Source: the human T2T-CHM13v2.0 reference genome, Homo sapiens. From it: 64,000 nucleotides of DNA. Location of the stretch: contig CP068257.2 of the NCBI GenBank assembly GCA_009914755.4, forward strand, positions 19,712,001-19,776,000, read 5' to 3'. The notes under the pieces were generated by a model, which was not told the DNA's origin, ran no database searches, and saw only the letters and a program-made list of their open reading frames with translations. Both the position numbers and the translations under genes were made by a program. Positions 1 through 11,050 of this stretch are shown one piece after another. Each line of letters begins with the position of its first letter. The first letter of the stretch is position 1.

Positions 1-3000
1 TAGAAAGAAGGAAGAGAAGACCACAGAACAACCAGAAAACAACAAAATGGTAGTAGTAAGTCCTAACTTATGAATAATAACATTGAATATAAATGGACTA
101 AACTCTCCAATCAAAAGACATAGACTGGCTGAATGGATAACAAAAATAAGACCCATTGATCTGTTGCCTACAAGAAACATACTTCATCTATAAAGACTCA
201 CATAGACTGAAAACAATATTCCATGCCAACTGAAACCAAAAAAAAAAAAAAAACAGGAGTCACTATACTTATGTCAAACAAAATAGATTTCAAAACAAAA
301 ACTATAAGAAAAGACAAAGAAGGTTAATATATAATGACAAATGTGTAAATTCAGCAGGAGGATATAATAATTTAAATATATATGCACCCAACATGGGAGA
401 ACCCAGATACATAATGGAAATATTATTAGAGCTGAAGAGAGAGGTCCCATCACAATAATAGCTGGAGACTTCAACACCCAACTTTCAGCATTGGACAAAT
501 GTTTCAGACAGAAAATCAACAAAGAAACTTCAGATGTAATCTGCACTATAGATCTAATGGATCTGGTAGATGTTTATAGAACATTTCATCCAATGGCTGC
601 AGAATACACATTCTTTTCCTCAGCACATGGATCATTTTCAAGGATATATTATATACTATGTTACAAAGCAAATGTTAAAATATTTAAAAAATTAATATCA
701 AGCATCCTCTCTGACCACAATGCAACAAAACTAGAAATTAATAATGAGGACTTTTTGAAAGTATAAAAATACATGGAAATTAAAGAATATGCTCCTGAAT
801 GACCAGTGTGTCAATGAAGAAATTCAGAAGGAAATTTAAAAACTTCTTGAAACAAATGATAATGGAAGCACAAAATACAAAAACCTATGGGATATAGCAA
901 AAGCAGTAGTAAGAGGGAAGTTTATAGCTATAGGAGCCTCCATCAAAAAAAGAGGAAAAACTTCAAATATGCAATCTAATGATAAATCATAAAGAATGGA
1001 AAAGCAAGAGCAAACCAAACACAAAATTAGTAGAAGAAAATAAATAATGGAGAACAGAGCAGAAATAAATGAAATTGAATTAAAAAATACAAAAGGCCAA
1101 TGAAACAATAAGTTGCTTTATTAAAAAGTTAAACAAAATTTACAAAGCTTTAGACAGACTAAGAAACAAAGAAGATACAAGTAAATACAGTTATAAATGA
1201 AAAAAGAGACATTACAACCAATACTGATGAGCAACTATATGCCAATAAATTGGAAAATCTAGAAGAAATAGACGAATTCCTATATACATACAACCTACAC
1301 ATAAACAAAATTTAATGACATTTTTCACAGAAATAGAAAAAACTTTCTAAAATTTATATAGAACCCCAAAAGACTCAGAATAGCCAAAGCTGTCCTAAGC
1401 AAAAAGAACAAAACTGGACAAATCACATTACCTGACTTCAAATTATACTACAGAGCTATAGTAACCAAAACAGCATGGTACAGGAAGAAATCCAAAACCT
1501 GAACAGACCAACAACAAGTAATGAGGTGAAAGCCATAATAAAAATCCTCCATAAAGAAAAGCTTGGAACCTGATGGCTTCACTGCTGTATTCTACCAAAC
1601 ATTTAAAGAAGAGCTAATCCCAGTCCTACTCAAACTAATTCAAAAAATAGAGGAGAAAAGAATATTTCCAAGCTCATTCTACAAGGCCAGTATTACTTTG
1701 ATACCTAAAACAAAGACACATAAAAAAAGTATCTGATGAATATTGATGCAAAAATCCTCAGCAAAATACTAGCAGCCAAATTCAACAACACATTAGACAA
1801 ATCATTCATCATGACAAAGTGGGATTTTTCCTTGGGTCAACATATAAAATCAATGTGATACATCATATCAACAAAGTGAAGCATAAAAACCATATGATCA
1901 TTTCATTTGATGCTGAAAGAGCATTTGATAAAATTTAACATCCGTTCATGATAAAAACACTCAAAAAACTGGGAATAGAAGGAATATATGTCAAAATAAT
2001 AGAAGCCATATACGACAGACCTACAGCTAGTGTCATACTGAATGTGGAAAAATTGAAAGTGTTTCCTCTAAGATCTGGAACACTACAAGGATGCCTACTG
2101 TCACCACTGTTATTCAACTTAATAATCAAAGTACCAACTAGAACAATAAGACAAGAGAAAGATCTAAGTGACATCCAAATTGGAAAGGAAGAAGTCAAAT
2201 TATCCTTGTTTTTAGATGACATGGTCATATATTTGGAAAAACCTAGAGACTTCACAAGAAAACTGTCAGAACTGATAAATTCAGTAAAGTTGCAAGATAC
2301 AAAATCAACATACAAAAATCAGTAGCATTTTTATATGTCAGCAGTGAAGAATGTGAAAAATAAAAAATATCCCATTTGCAATAGCTGCACATGAAATTAA
2401 ATACCTAGGAATTAACCAAAGAAGTGAAATGTATCTATAATGAAAACTTTGTAAACACTGATGAAAAAAATTTAAGAGGACATCAAGAAATGGAAAAATA
2501 TTGTATGTTCATGGATTGGAAGAATCAATATTTTTAAAATGTCCATATTACCCAAAGCAATCTACAGATTCAGTGCAATCCCTATCAAAATTTAATGACA
2601 TTTTTCACAGAAATAGAAAAAACTTTCTAAAATTTATATGGAACCACAAAAGACTCATAATAGCCAAAGCAAAAAGAATAAAACTGGACAAATCACATTA
2701 CCTGACTTCAAATGATACTATAGAGCTATATTAACCAAAACATCATGATACTGGTGTACACACAGATACATAGACCCATGGAACAGAATAGAGAACCCAA
2801 AAACAAATCCACACAACTACAGTGAACCCATTTTCAACAAAAGTGCCAAGAATATACAATAGGGAAAAGACAGTCTGTTCAATAAATGGCGCTGGGGAAA
2901 CTGGATATCCATATGCAGAAGAACAAAACTTGACCCCTGTCTCTCACCAAACACAAAAATCCAATCAAAATGGATTAAACACTTAAATCTAAGACCTCAA

Positions 3001-4271
3001 CTTATGAATCTACTACAAGAAATCATTGGGGAAAATCTCCAGGACATTCACCTGGGCATAATTTTTTGAGCAATACCCCACAAGCACAGGCAACCAAAGC
3101 AAACGTAGACAAGTGGGATCACATCAAATTAAAAGCCTTCTGCACATCAAAGGTTACAATCAACAAAGTGATGAGATAACCAACAGAATGGGAGAAAATA
3201 TTTGTAAACTACCTGACAAGGGATTAACCAGAATATATATGGAGCTCAAATAATTCTATAGAAAAAATATAATTATCTAATCAAAAAATGGGCAAAAGAT
3301 TTGAATACACATTTACCAAAAGAAGATACACAAATGGCAAACAGATATATGAAAAGGTGCTCAATGTCATGGATCATCAGATAAATGCAAATGAAAACTA
3401 CAATGAGATATCTTCTCACTCTGATTAAAATGGCTTATATCCAGAAACTATGCAATAAGAAATGCTGACAAGGACGTATAGAAAAGGGAACCTTTGTACA
3501 CTCTGAGTGGGGAGGTAAAATAGTAAAATAGCAATGGAGAACAGTTTGGAGGTTCATCTAAAAAGCTAAAAGTCTAGCTACTCTATGATTCAACAATCCC
3601 ACTCCTGGGCATATACCCAAAAGAAAGGAAATCAGTACAACAAAGAGATCTCTGCACTCCTATGTTTGTTGCAGCACTGTTACAATAACTAAGATTTGGA
3701 AGCAACCTAAGTGTCCATCAACAGATGAAATGGATAAAGAAAATATACACAGTTGGGTACTATTCAGCCCTAAAAAAAATGAGATCCAGTCATTTGCAAC
3801 AGCATGGATGGAAGTGGAGATCATTGTGTTAAGTGAAATAAGCCAGCATAGAAAGATAAACATCACATGTTCTCACTTATTTGTGGGATCTAAAAATCAA
3901 AACAATTGAACTCAAGGACATAGATAATAGAAGAATGGTAACCAGATGATGGGAAGTATAGTGAGGTGGGGCGTGGTAAGGATGGTTAATTGGTAAAAGA
4001 AATAGAAAGAATGAATAAGACCTACTATTTGATAGTCCAACAGGGTGAGTATAGTTAATACCAACTTAATTGTACATTTTAAAATAACTTAAAAAGTGTA
4101 ATTGGATTGTGACTCAAAGGATAAATGCTTGAGGGAATGAATACCCCATTTTCTTGAAGTGCTTTTTTCACATTGCATGCCTGTATCAAAACATCTCATG
4201 TACCCCACAAATACATACACCTACTATGTACCCCAAAACTTAAAAATTTAAAAATTAAAAATTAAAAAAAA
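1..4271 (+). mobile_element. L1 LINE (older primate L1, L1PB/L1MA-like), 5' end cut by the window edge. The ORF2 endonuclease, RT and C-terminal regions and the 3' UTR are present, with many frameshifts and stops, and the element ends in an A-rich tail.
   Basis: The sequence begins with the start of L1 ORF2 (…GSNSHITILTLNINGLNSPIKRHRLAEWI…). RT motifs occur at 1500-2300 (ORF track 1948..2325: [10 protein letters not shown]…, LSPLLFNLI). The ORF2 C-terminal region runs 2500-3900. The 3' UTR ends …catgtaccccacaaatacatacacctactatgtaccccaaaacttaaaaatttaaaaattaaaaaaaa at 4271. Confidence 0.9.
1309..1484 (+). repeat. Ectopic ~176-bp copy of an L1 ORF2 segment (protein region MTFFTE…LPDFKLYY…TAWY) placed between the EN and RT regions of the same L1. 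The native copy lies at 2589-2754 and the two are about 92% identical.
   Basis: Direct alignment of 1309-1484 with 2589-2754 (aatttaatgacatttttcacagaaatagaaaaaactttctaaaatttatat…ctggacaaatcacattacctgacttcaaat…). The flanks of the 1309 copy correspond to L1 ORF2 about aa 250, not to the segment's native context. Confidence 0.7.
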
Positions 4272-4835
4272 TCTAGAAACTTAACACTATTCTCACTGTA
4301 AAATAAATGATTAAGATAGTAAATAAATATTTTCAGAGTTCATCTTCAATGATAATGGGTTAAAGTTTTAATAACTGTAACTCACTAACTACGATGTGTT
4401 CCTAATTGTTTTTATTTTATTATTGGGCACAATTTTATACTACAATCCAGGACAGCTTCAAATAGTGATAGAATTATATTATTTCACATAAATGCTACTG
4501 GGAAAAAAATTATGCCTTTTATATGAAATTTCTCATATTCTACTGGTTTCTGATGCTAATAACCCTTCCTTGCTTTGAGGAAGATATTGAACTGTTGAAC
4601 TGTGCATATGAATACAGCACAAAATAGCTTTGCATAATGTGATATCCTTCAAAAACAACAGAATTCACACTGGTTAAAAACAGAGCTATTTTAAACTAGT
4701 GACTATTGTTATCTGTCATCCAAAGCATTTTATGTACATGTAAAATAATATATGCAATTTTTAAAACTGTTCAGATCAATTTCAGATATACATATAAGCG
4801 TATCTATTTTCCTTAGAAATGTTTTCTAATATCTA

Positions 4836-5174
4836 GGTCGGGTGCGGTGGCTCACGCCTGTAATCCTAGCACTTTGGGAGGCCGAGGCAGGTGGATCACG
4901 AGGTCAGGAGATGGAGACCATCATGGCTAACAGGGTGAAACCCCGTCTCTAGTAAAAATACAAAAAAAAAAAAAAAAAGGAGAGAAAAGAAAAAAAATTA
5001 GCCAGGCGTGGTGGCGGGTGCCTGTAGTCCCAGCTACTCCGGAGGCTGAAGCAGAATGGCGTGAACGCGGGAGGCGGAGGTTGCAGTGAGCTGAGATCCT
5101 GCCACTGCACTCCAGCCTGGGAGACAGAGAGAGCGAGACTCTGTCTCAAAAAAAAAAAAAAAAAAAAAAAAAAA
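4836..5174 (+). mobile_element. Alu SINE (AluY/S-like), full length with poly(A) and a 13-14 bp target-site duplication (ttttctaatatc).
   Basis: ggtcgggtgcggtggctcacgcctgtaatcc…gagacagagagagcgagactctgtctc(a)n. The flanks tgttttctaatatctag|Alu|gaaacttttctaatatcc form the TSD. Confidence 0.95.
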
Positions 5175-5764
5175 GAAACTTTTCTAATATCCAATATAAT
5201 TTCAAGATAATTTTTCTCTATTTTATTGAGTTAGTTGTCACTAACTTTTAATTATTAGTTTATTTTAAATTTCTAGGCAATTTATTTTAGTGATAACTCA
5301 AATATTATTGGCGATATTTCCATTAAAATATAATTGATGTACAGTAGTAGGGCTATCCAAAAATAAATCAACAGCTTAAACTTTTCATAGAAATTTGGCA
5401 TTTTCTTAAGATGCACTTGTGTTTACAAATTGGAAACCCTGACCTCTTTATTTAATTAATGTTGTGTACTTAATTGTAATATTTAAATGTATATAATAAA
5501 GCTTAAGACAAACCAAAGCTCTTTCCACAGAATATGAAATAGCCATAAGTCAAAATTTTGAATTATCTTGTACATACTAAGCAATATATTGTTTTTATTA
5601 AAAACTTTTCTTTATTAAATTAAACCATGCTTTTTTTCAAAGCCTTGATCTGAGATATATGTGAGATTGTATGTTCAAAGTGTTTTAACATAATTTTGTC
5701 ACATAACAAACACCTACTAAATATTGCCACTTTATATAAACATCTCTCATCTATTTATTCATTT

Positions 5765-6061
5765 GTTTGTTTCTGTTTTGTTTTGTTTTGTTTTGTTAGA
5801 CAGAGTCTAGCTCTGTTGCCCAAGCCAGAGTGCAGTGGCACGATCTCGGCTCACTGGAACCTCTCCCTACCAGGTTCCAGTGATTCTCCCGCCTCAGCCT
5901 CTGGAGTTGCTAGGATTACAGGCACACGCCATCACGCCCGGCTAATTTTTTTATTATTATTACTAGAGACAGGGTTTCACCATATAGGCCAGGCTGGTCT
6001 TGAATACCTGACTTCAGGTGATCCTCCCACCTCAGCCTCCTCAAATGCTGGGATTGCAGGC
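5765..6061 (-). mobile_element. Alu SINE, minus orientation, preceded by a (GTTTT)n tail; the 5' end lacks about 20 bp.
   Basis: gttttgttttgtt agacagagtctagctctgttgcccaagccagagtgcagtggc…gcctcctcaaatgctgggattgcaggc is the reverse complement of Alu. Confidence 0.9.
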
Positions 6062-6110
6062 TCTCATCTGTTTTTGAATCAAAGTTGTTTGGTTGTTATT
6101 GTTTCCTTGT

Positions 6111-6452
6111 TTTTTTGAGAAAGGGTCTTGCTTTGTCACACAGGCTGGAGTGCAGAGGTGCAATCACAGCTCATTCAAGCTTCAGCCCCCCAGTCTCAAG
6201 CATCCTCCCACCTCAGCCTCCTGAGTAGCAGGACTACAGGCACATGCCACCATGACTAGCTAAATTTTTGTAGGTTTCTATTTTACTTTATTTTATTTGG
6301 CTGTTGTTGTTGGTGGTGGTGGTGGTGGTGTTTTGTAAAGACAGGGTTTTGTCATGTTGTTCAGGATGGTCATGAACTCCTGGACTCAAGCAGTCCACCT
6401 GCCTCAGACTCCCAGAGGGCTGGGATTACAGACATGAGCCACCTTGCCTGGC
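6111..6452 (-). mobile_element. Alu SINE (older AluS/J-like), minus orientation, with a (TGG)n microsatellite expansion in the central linker at 6300-6335.
   Basis: ttttttgagaaagggtcttgctttgtcacacaggctggagtgcag…ggtggtggtggtggtg…gggattacagacatgagccaccttgcctggc. Confidence 0.9.
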
Positions 6453-6735
6453 TCCAAATTTATTTAGATCGTCTCTTATTATCATTCTTCTTGATCAATA
6501 AATGTTAGTATACATAGAAATCACAGATATTGATGAATTATAATGGGAAGTCATGGAAAGTGTCACACAATTAAAGCTTAATTCTGACTTTCTTGCTTTT
6601 GGTGTGTCATTGACCATGTTAGTTCTCATCTCTGATTTCAGTTTCTGCATGTACAAATCAAGATATAAGACCTACCTGAAAAAGGGTTCTGAAGATGAAA
6701 TGAGATTACATGTAACAATATCTCAGACACAAGCC

Positions 6736-6809
6736 CAACAACTTGAAAGTGTTTTTCTAGTTATACATTTAGAAGAATGTATAACTAGAAAAACACTTTC
6801 AAGTTGTTG
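6736..6809. repeat. Perfect inverted repeat (hairpin): two 33-bp arms (6736-6768 and 6777-6809) separated by an 8-nt loop ttagaaga.
   Basis: caacaacttgaaagtgtttttctagttatacat ttagaaga atgtataactagaaaaacactttcaagttgttg. The arms are exact reverse complements. Confidence 0.9.
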
Positions 6810-6850
6810 CACATGTACCCTAAAACTTAAAGTATAAAAAAAAAAAGATT
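6803..6850 (+). mobile_element. Extremely 5'-truncated L1 3'-terminal stub with poly(A). The right arm of the hairpin above is diverged L1 3' UTR sequence.
   Basis: …gttgttgcacatgtaccctaaaacttaaagtataaaaaaaaaaa matches the L1PA 3' terminus ttgtgcacatgtaccctaaaacttaaagtataat. Confidence 0.5.
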
Positions 6851-6852
6851 AG

Positions 6853-7203
<351 letters not shown>

Positions 7204-9182
7204 TGAATATGTTAACTCCGTTTCAATGACTGCTGTCACACAAGAGACTAGATAAAAATTTTTAAAGCATAGTCCTATGTACTTTATGATGGAATACCAT
7301 CTAAAAAATGACTGAGTCTTCTACCCTTAGTTGTCAGAGATTGTGCTTCCGTATAGCCACAAAGTTTACTCTAAAATAATCTCTAGCAATATTAATTCAG
7401 TGATTCATATATCAGGTTTTACCACACTAAATTCCAGATCTTGTGACTGTATATCTTATTCCTTTTGGAAGTTGACAATGTCGGAAGTCTGCATTTGGCT
7501 CTTGTCATAACCACCTTATGTTTGCCTTCAATCGCCATCCATACAGGCGAGTGCACATAAGGTCTCTCACGTCCTATGCTAGATGAAGATAGATTCTCAG
7601 GCCACTCTTAAGTGATGAAGGCTAGTCTCTACCTATGAGGCACAAAATCAGAATAGAAATATAGATTTCTTATATCATCATCTTTTTCTTCCCTTTCTCT
7701 CACATCTGTCTTGCCTAACTCCTTCAAATTTTTCCTCTGTGGGAAGTGAGTCAGTTTTTTCCTTCTTTGGGCCATTATACACCTTTCACATTTTATAGCA
7801 GTATATATTGATTTGGAAAAGATTCTTCAACATTCTAAGAAGTACCTAAATAGGGCATTAAGGTAGGAAAAAAAGAACATATTGTGCTCCACAAAACAAG
7901 TTATTGAAGAATGCTTTGTTCTTCATCTATTTTTCAAACTATGTTTTTATATCATATGATAAAACTGGGTGTTTTTAGAACATTTGTCTAAAAATGCTAT
8001 GTTACTTGTCAATTTTAGTATTAAATTGAAGTAAAAAGTTCTACCGAGGGAGTGATTTTGCCTCTAGAATTCTTACAAAATGATAAACATAACAGTAAGT
8101 AATTTTATGTATATGAATATAATGTTTTATATCATAAATATAAAGTGCTTATTATATCATCTAGCAGATGACATCTCCCTTGTATCATTTATCATCTCTT
8201 AAGAAACAGAATCTATAATTACTTTATTCCTGTTATACTTCTCCTACGTAGTATAGACCTACATCCACTAGAAATTAATCCCACTGTACATTGAATAAGT
8301 ATCTGAAATGTACAGCAATAAATTATAACTATCTTAAGGCAGCATTTCTCAACTTCAGTCATTTGATAACCAGCTTCATCTCTTTTCTGTATTCATGTGC
8401 TGCCTGAACTGTTACATGTCCTCTTTCTTCTTTAAATTGAATTGTTTTTATTTATTCTTATCTGTACCCAAATGATCAGTGAAATTAAAAGTATGATACA
8501 TATGCCAGTTATATTTTTAAATGCACATTAAAATTAATACAAAATATACAGTACAATTGTTTTTCAAAATATTACCTAACCTCAGCGTATCCACCCTCCC
8601 CCAGTGGTTCACAGATCACATTTTTAGAAATTCTGCTTTTGTGTCCAAACATATTTTGAATTAATGTGATACAAAATTTAGCTATGAAATATTGAGTGGG
8701 ACATGTTTAAAGATGTTGTAATTAGGATAGAACCTGTTTTCCATCCTCCTGTTTGTGGGTCCATGCACTTTTCTCCAGTAAATAATATGCTTCACTTCAC
8801 TAATGGGCACTGAGTTTATTCACAAATCATTGTAAAAGAAACTCATTTAATTCCAGTCCTTAGCACTAAATGATTCTTTTAGGATGAGACCAATAAACTG
8901 AATAAATAAAACAGCGGGATAAGCTTTAAAAGCAATTTCTTCCCTTTTTTCTGCTAAAGTGAAATAATAAAATGCTGGCCTTGGTCTTAGCCTAGATCAC
9001 CTGCATAATTTGTAGTCAAAATAGTAGTATTTTTTGTGATTTTGCATTTATTGAGAAAATGTGTCTTTCTGTGTTAAATAAAATAAACTGATTCAACTTT
9101 AATTTTTGTACTGTGAGTCCAGTTTTACCTTCTCTTCCTTCCAATAAATAGATGTATTAAAACTGAAATTTAAGATTATTTC

Positions 9183-9516
9183 GTGACCGGGCATGGTGGC
9201 TCAAGCCTGTAATTCCAGCACTTTGGGAGGCTTAGGCACATGGATCGCATGAGGCCAGGAGTTCAAGCCCAGCCTGGCCAACATGGCAAAAACCCATCTC
9301 TCCAAAAAATACAAAAAATTAGCCGAGCCTGGTGGTGTGCACCTGTAGTTCCAGCTACTCGGGACGGGGCCGGGAAAAGGGGGTTGCAGGGGGCTGAGGC
9401 AGGAGAATCACTTGAACCCAGGAAGCAGAGGTTGCAGGGAGCCGAGGTCCTGCCACTGCACTCCAGCCTGAGTGACAGTGACAGACTGAGACTATGTCTC
9501 AAAAAAAAAAAAAAAA

Positions 9517-9517
<1 letters not shown>
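9183..9517 (+). mobile_element. Alu SINE, + orientation. It carries a 26-bp G-rich insertion (cggggccgggaaaagggggttgcagg) in the right arm and a poly(A) tail.
   Basis: gaccgggcatggtggctcaagcctgtaattccagcactttgggagg…ccagctactcgggaCGGGGCCGGGAAAAGGGGGTTGCAGGgggctgaggcaggagaatcacttgaacc…ctatgtctc(a)17. Confidence 0.95.
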
Positions 9518-9942
<425 letters not shown>

Positions 9943-10743
9943 TAATTTTAATTCAAAGTAGGGATAGTCACCTTTAACAATTAATTTCGCATCAACACAC
10001 ACAAATACACATAAATTGTAGTTTTACCAAAGTGGTCCTTGCTGTTTCCGTAGTGTAGAAATAGTATTTCCTCCACGAATTTAGACACAATGATCTGAAG
10101 AATACATACTTAAAATATTTTGCAGACTAAAGTACCAATTCAAAAGGAATTTCTCTCAGGAATAAAGATAGGCAGTTCCTTAAATACAACTACATGAATA
10201 AAATATGATGCTTTTAAACTTATAACAATTTAAATATCTCACCACGTAAATATTTCTTACAACACTGCTGCATTCATTATTATATTATTGTTTTATTCTC
10301 AGTTATATTATTCTTTATTATATACTTACAAATATTTTATTGCAATTTAATATTGTCATTTATGGTTCGCGGTTCCTACTGTGGATTTAAGCAAACTTTA
10401 TATTTTAAAAATTATTTATTTAAGCCAGGTTTATTGGAAGACAGAAAACAATGGAGTGAACTTTTCACAATACAAAATTCTTAGATTATTTTTATTTATA
10501 AAATGTGAAGATTACATTACATTTTTTGTTTCTTTTTTTATTCTTAAGAAAATGTAACTTCTGGAAAATAAATTTTATAAAATATAAGCAGTGACTTAAT
10601 CAGTCATAGTAATTTATGTAACTAACATTTCCTTTATTACTAACCCCAATTCACTTAACAACTATCAACAAATAATGAAGACTTTTATATTGGCATGTGC
10701 TAATCTAGACACAAGGAGTGTAGCGCTAAAAATATAAGTTTCT

Positions 10744-11050
10744 CCAGGCACAGTGGCTCACGCCTGTAATCCCAGCACTTTGGGAGGCCAAGGAGGCTGG
10801 ATCATCTGAGGTCGGGAGTTCGAGACAAACGTGGCCAACATGGAGAAATCCCATCTCTACTAAAAATACAAAATTAGCAGGGCGTGGTGGCACATGCCTG
10901 TAATCCCAGCTACTCCGAAGGCTGAGGCAGGAGAATCGCTTGAATCCCGGAGGCGGAGGTTGCAGGAGCCAAGATCGCGCCATTGCACTCCAGCCTGGGA
11001 AACAAGAGCGAAACTCCATCAATAAATAAATAAATAAATAAATAAATAAA
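10744..11050 (+). mobile_element. Alu SINE, + orientation, with an (AAAT)n tail.
   Basis: ccaggcacagtggctcacgcctgtaatcccagcactttgggaggccaagg…ctccatc(aataaataaataaataaataaataaat). Confidence 0.95.

Noticed and set aside
491-2325. ORFs 491..766, 1948..2325 and others in the first 4 kb with reverse-transcriptase-like translations.
   Set aside because: These are relics of L1 ORF2 (endonuclease and RT) in a degenerate, stop-ridden L1 copy. They are part of the mobile element, not independent host CDS.
5696-6118. ORFs overlapping Alu elements (5696..6118, 6937..7206, 9240..9668, 9263..9502, 10726..11022, 36439..36870, 49046..49231).
   Set aside because: The translations are the familiar Alu read-through peptides (…[21 protein letters not shown]…). 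They are SINE sequence, not coding.
6553-6837. ORF 6553..6837 spanning the perfect hairpin.
   Set aside because: The ORF is incidental. The notable feature is the inverted repeat itself, and there is no coding evidence.
7560-7660. Possible MIR SINE fragment (…ctatgctagatgaagatagattctcaggccactc…).
   Set aside because: It only loosely resembles the MIR core (…cagatgaggaaactgaggctcag…), which is insufficient for a call without a profile search.
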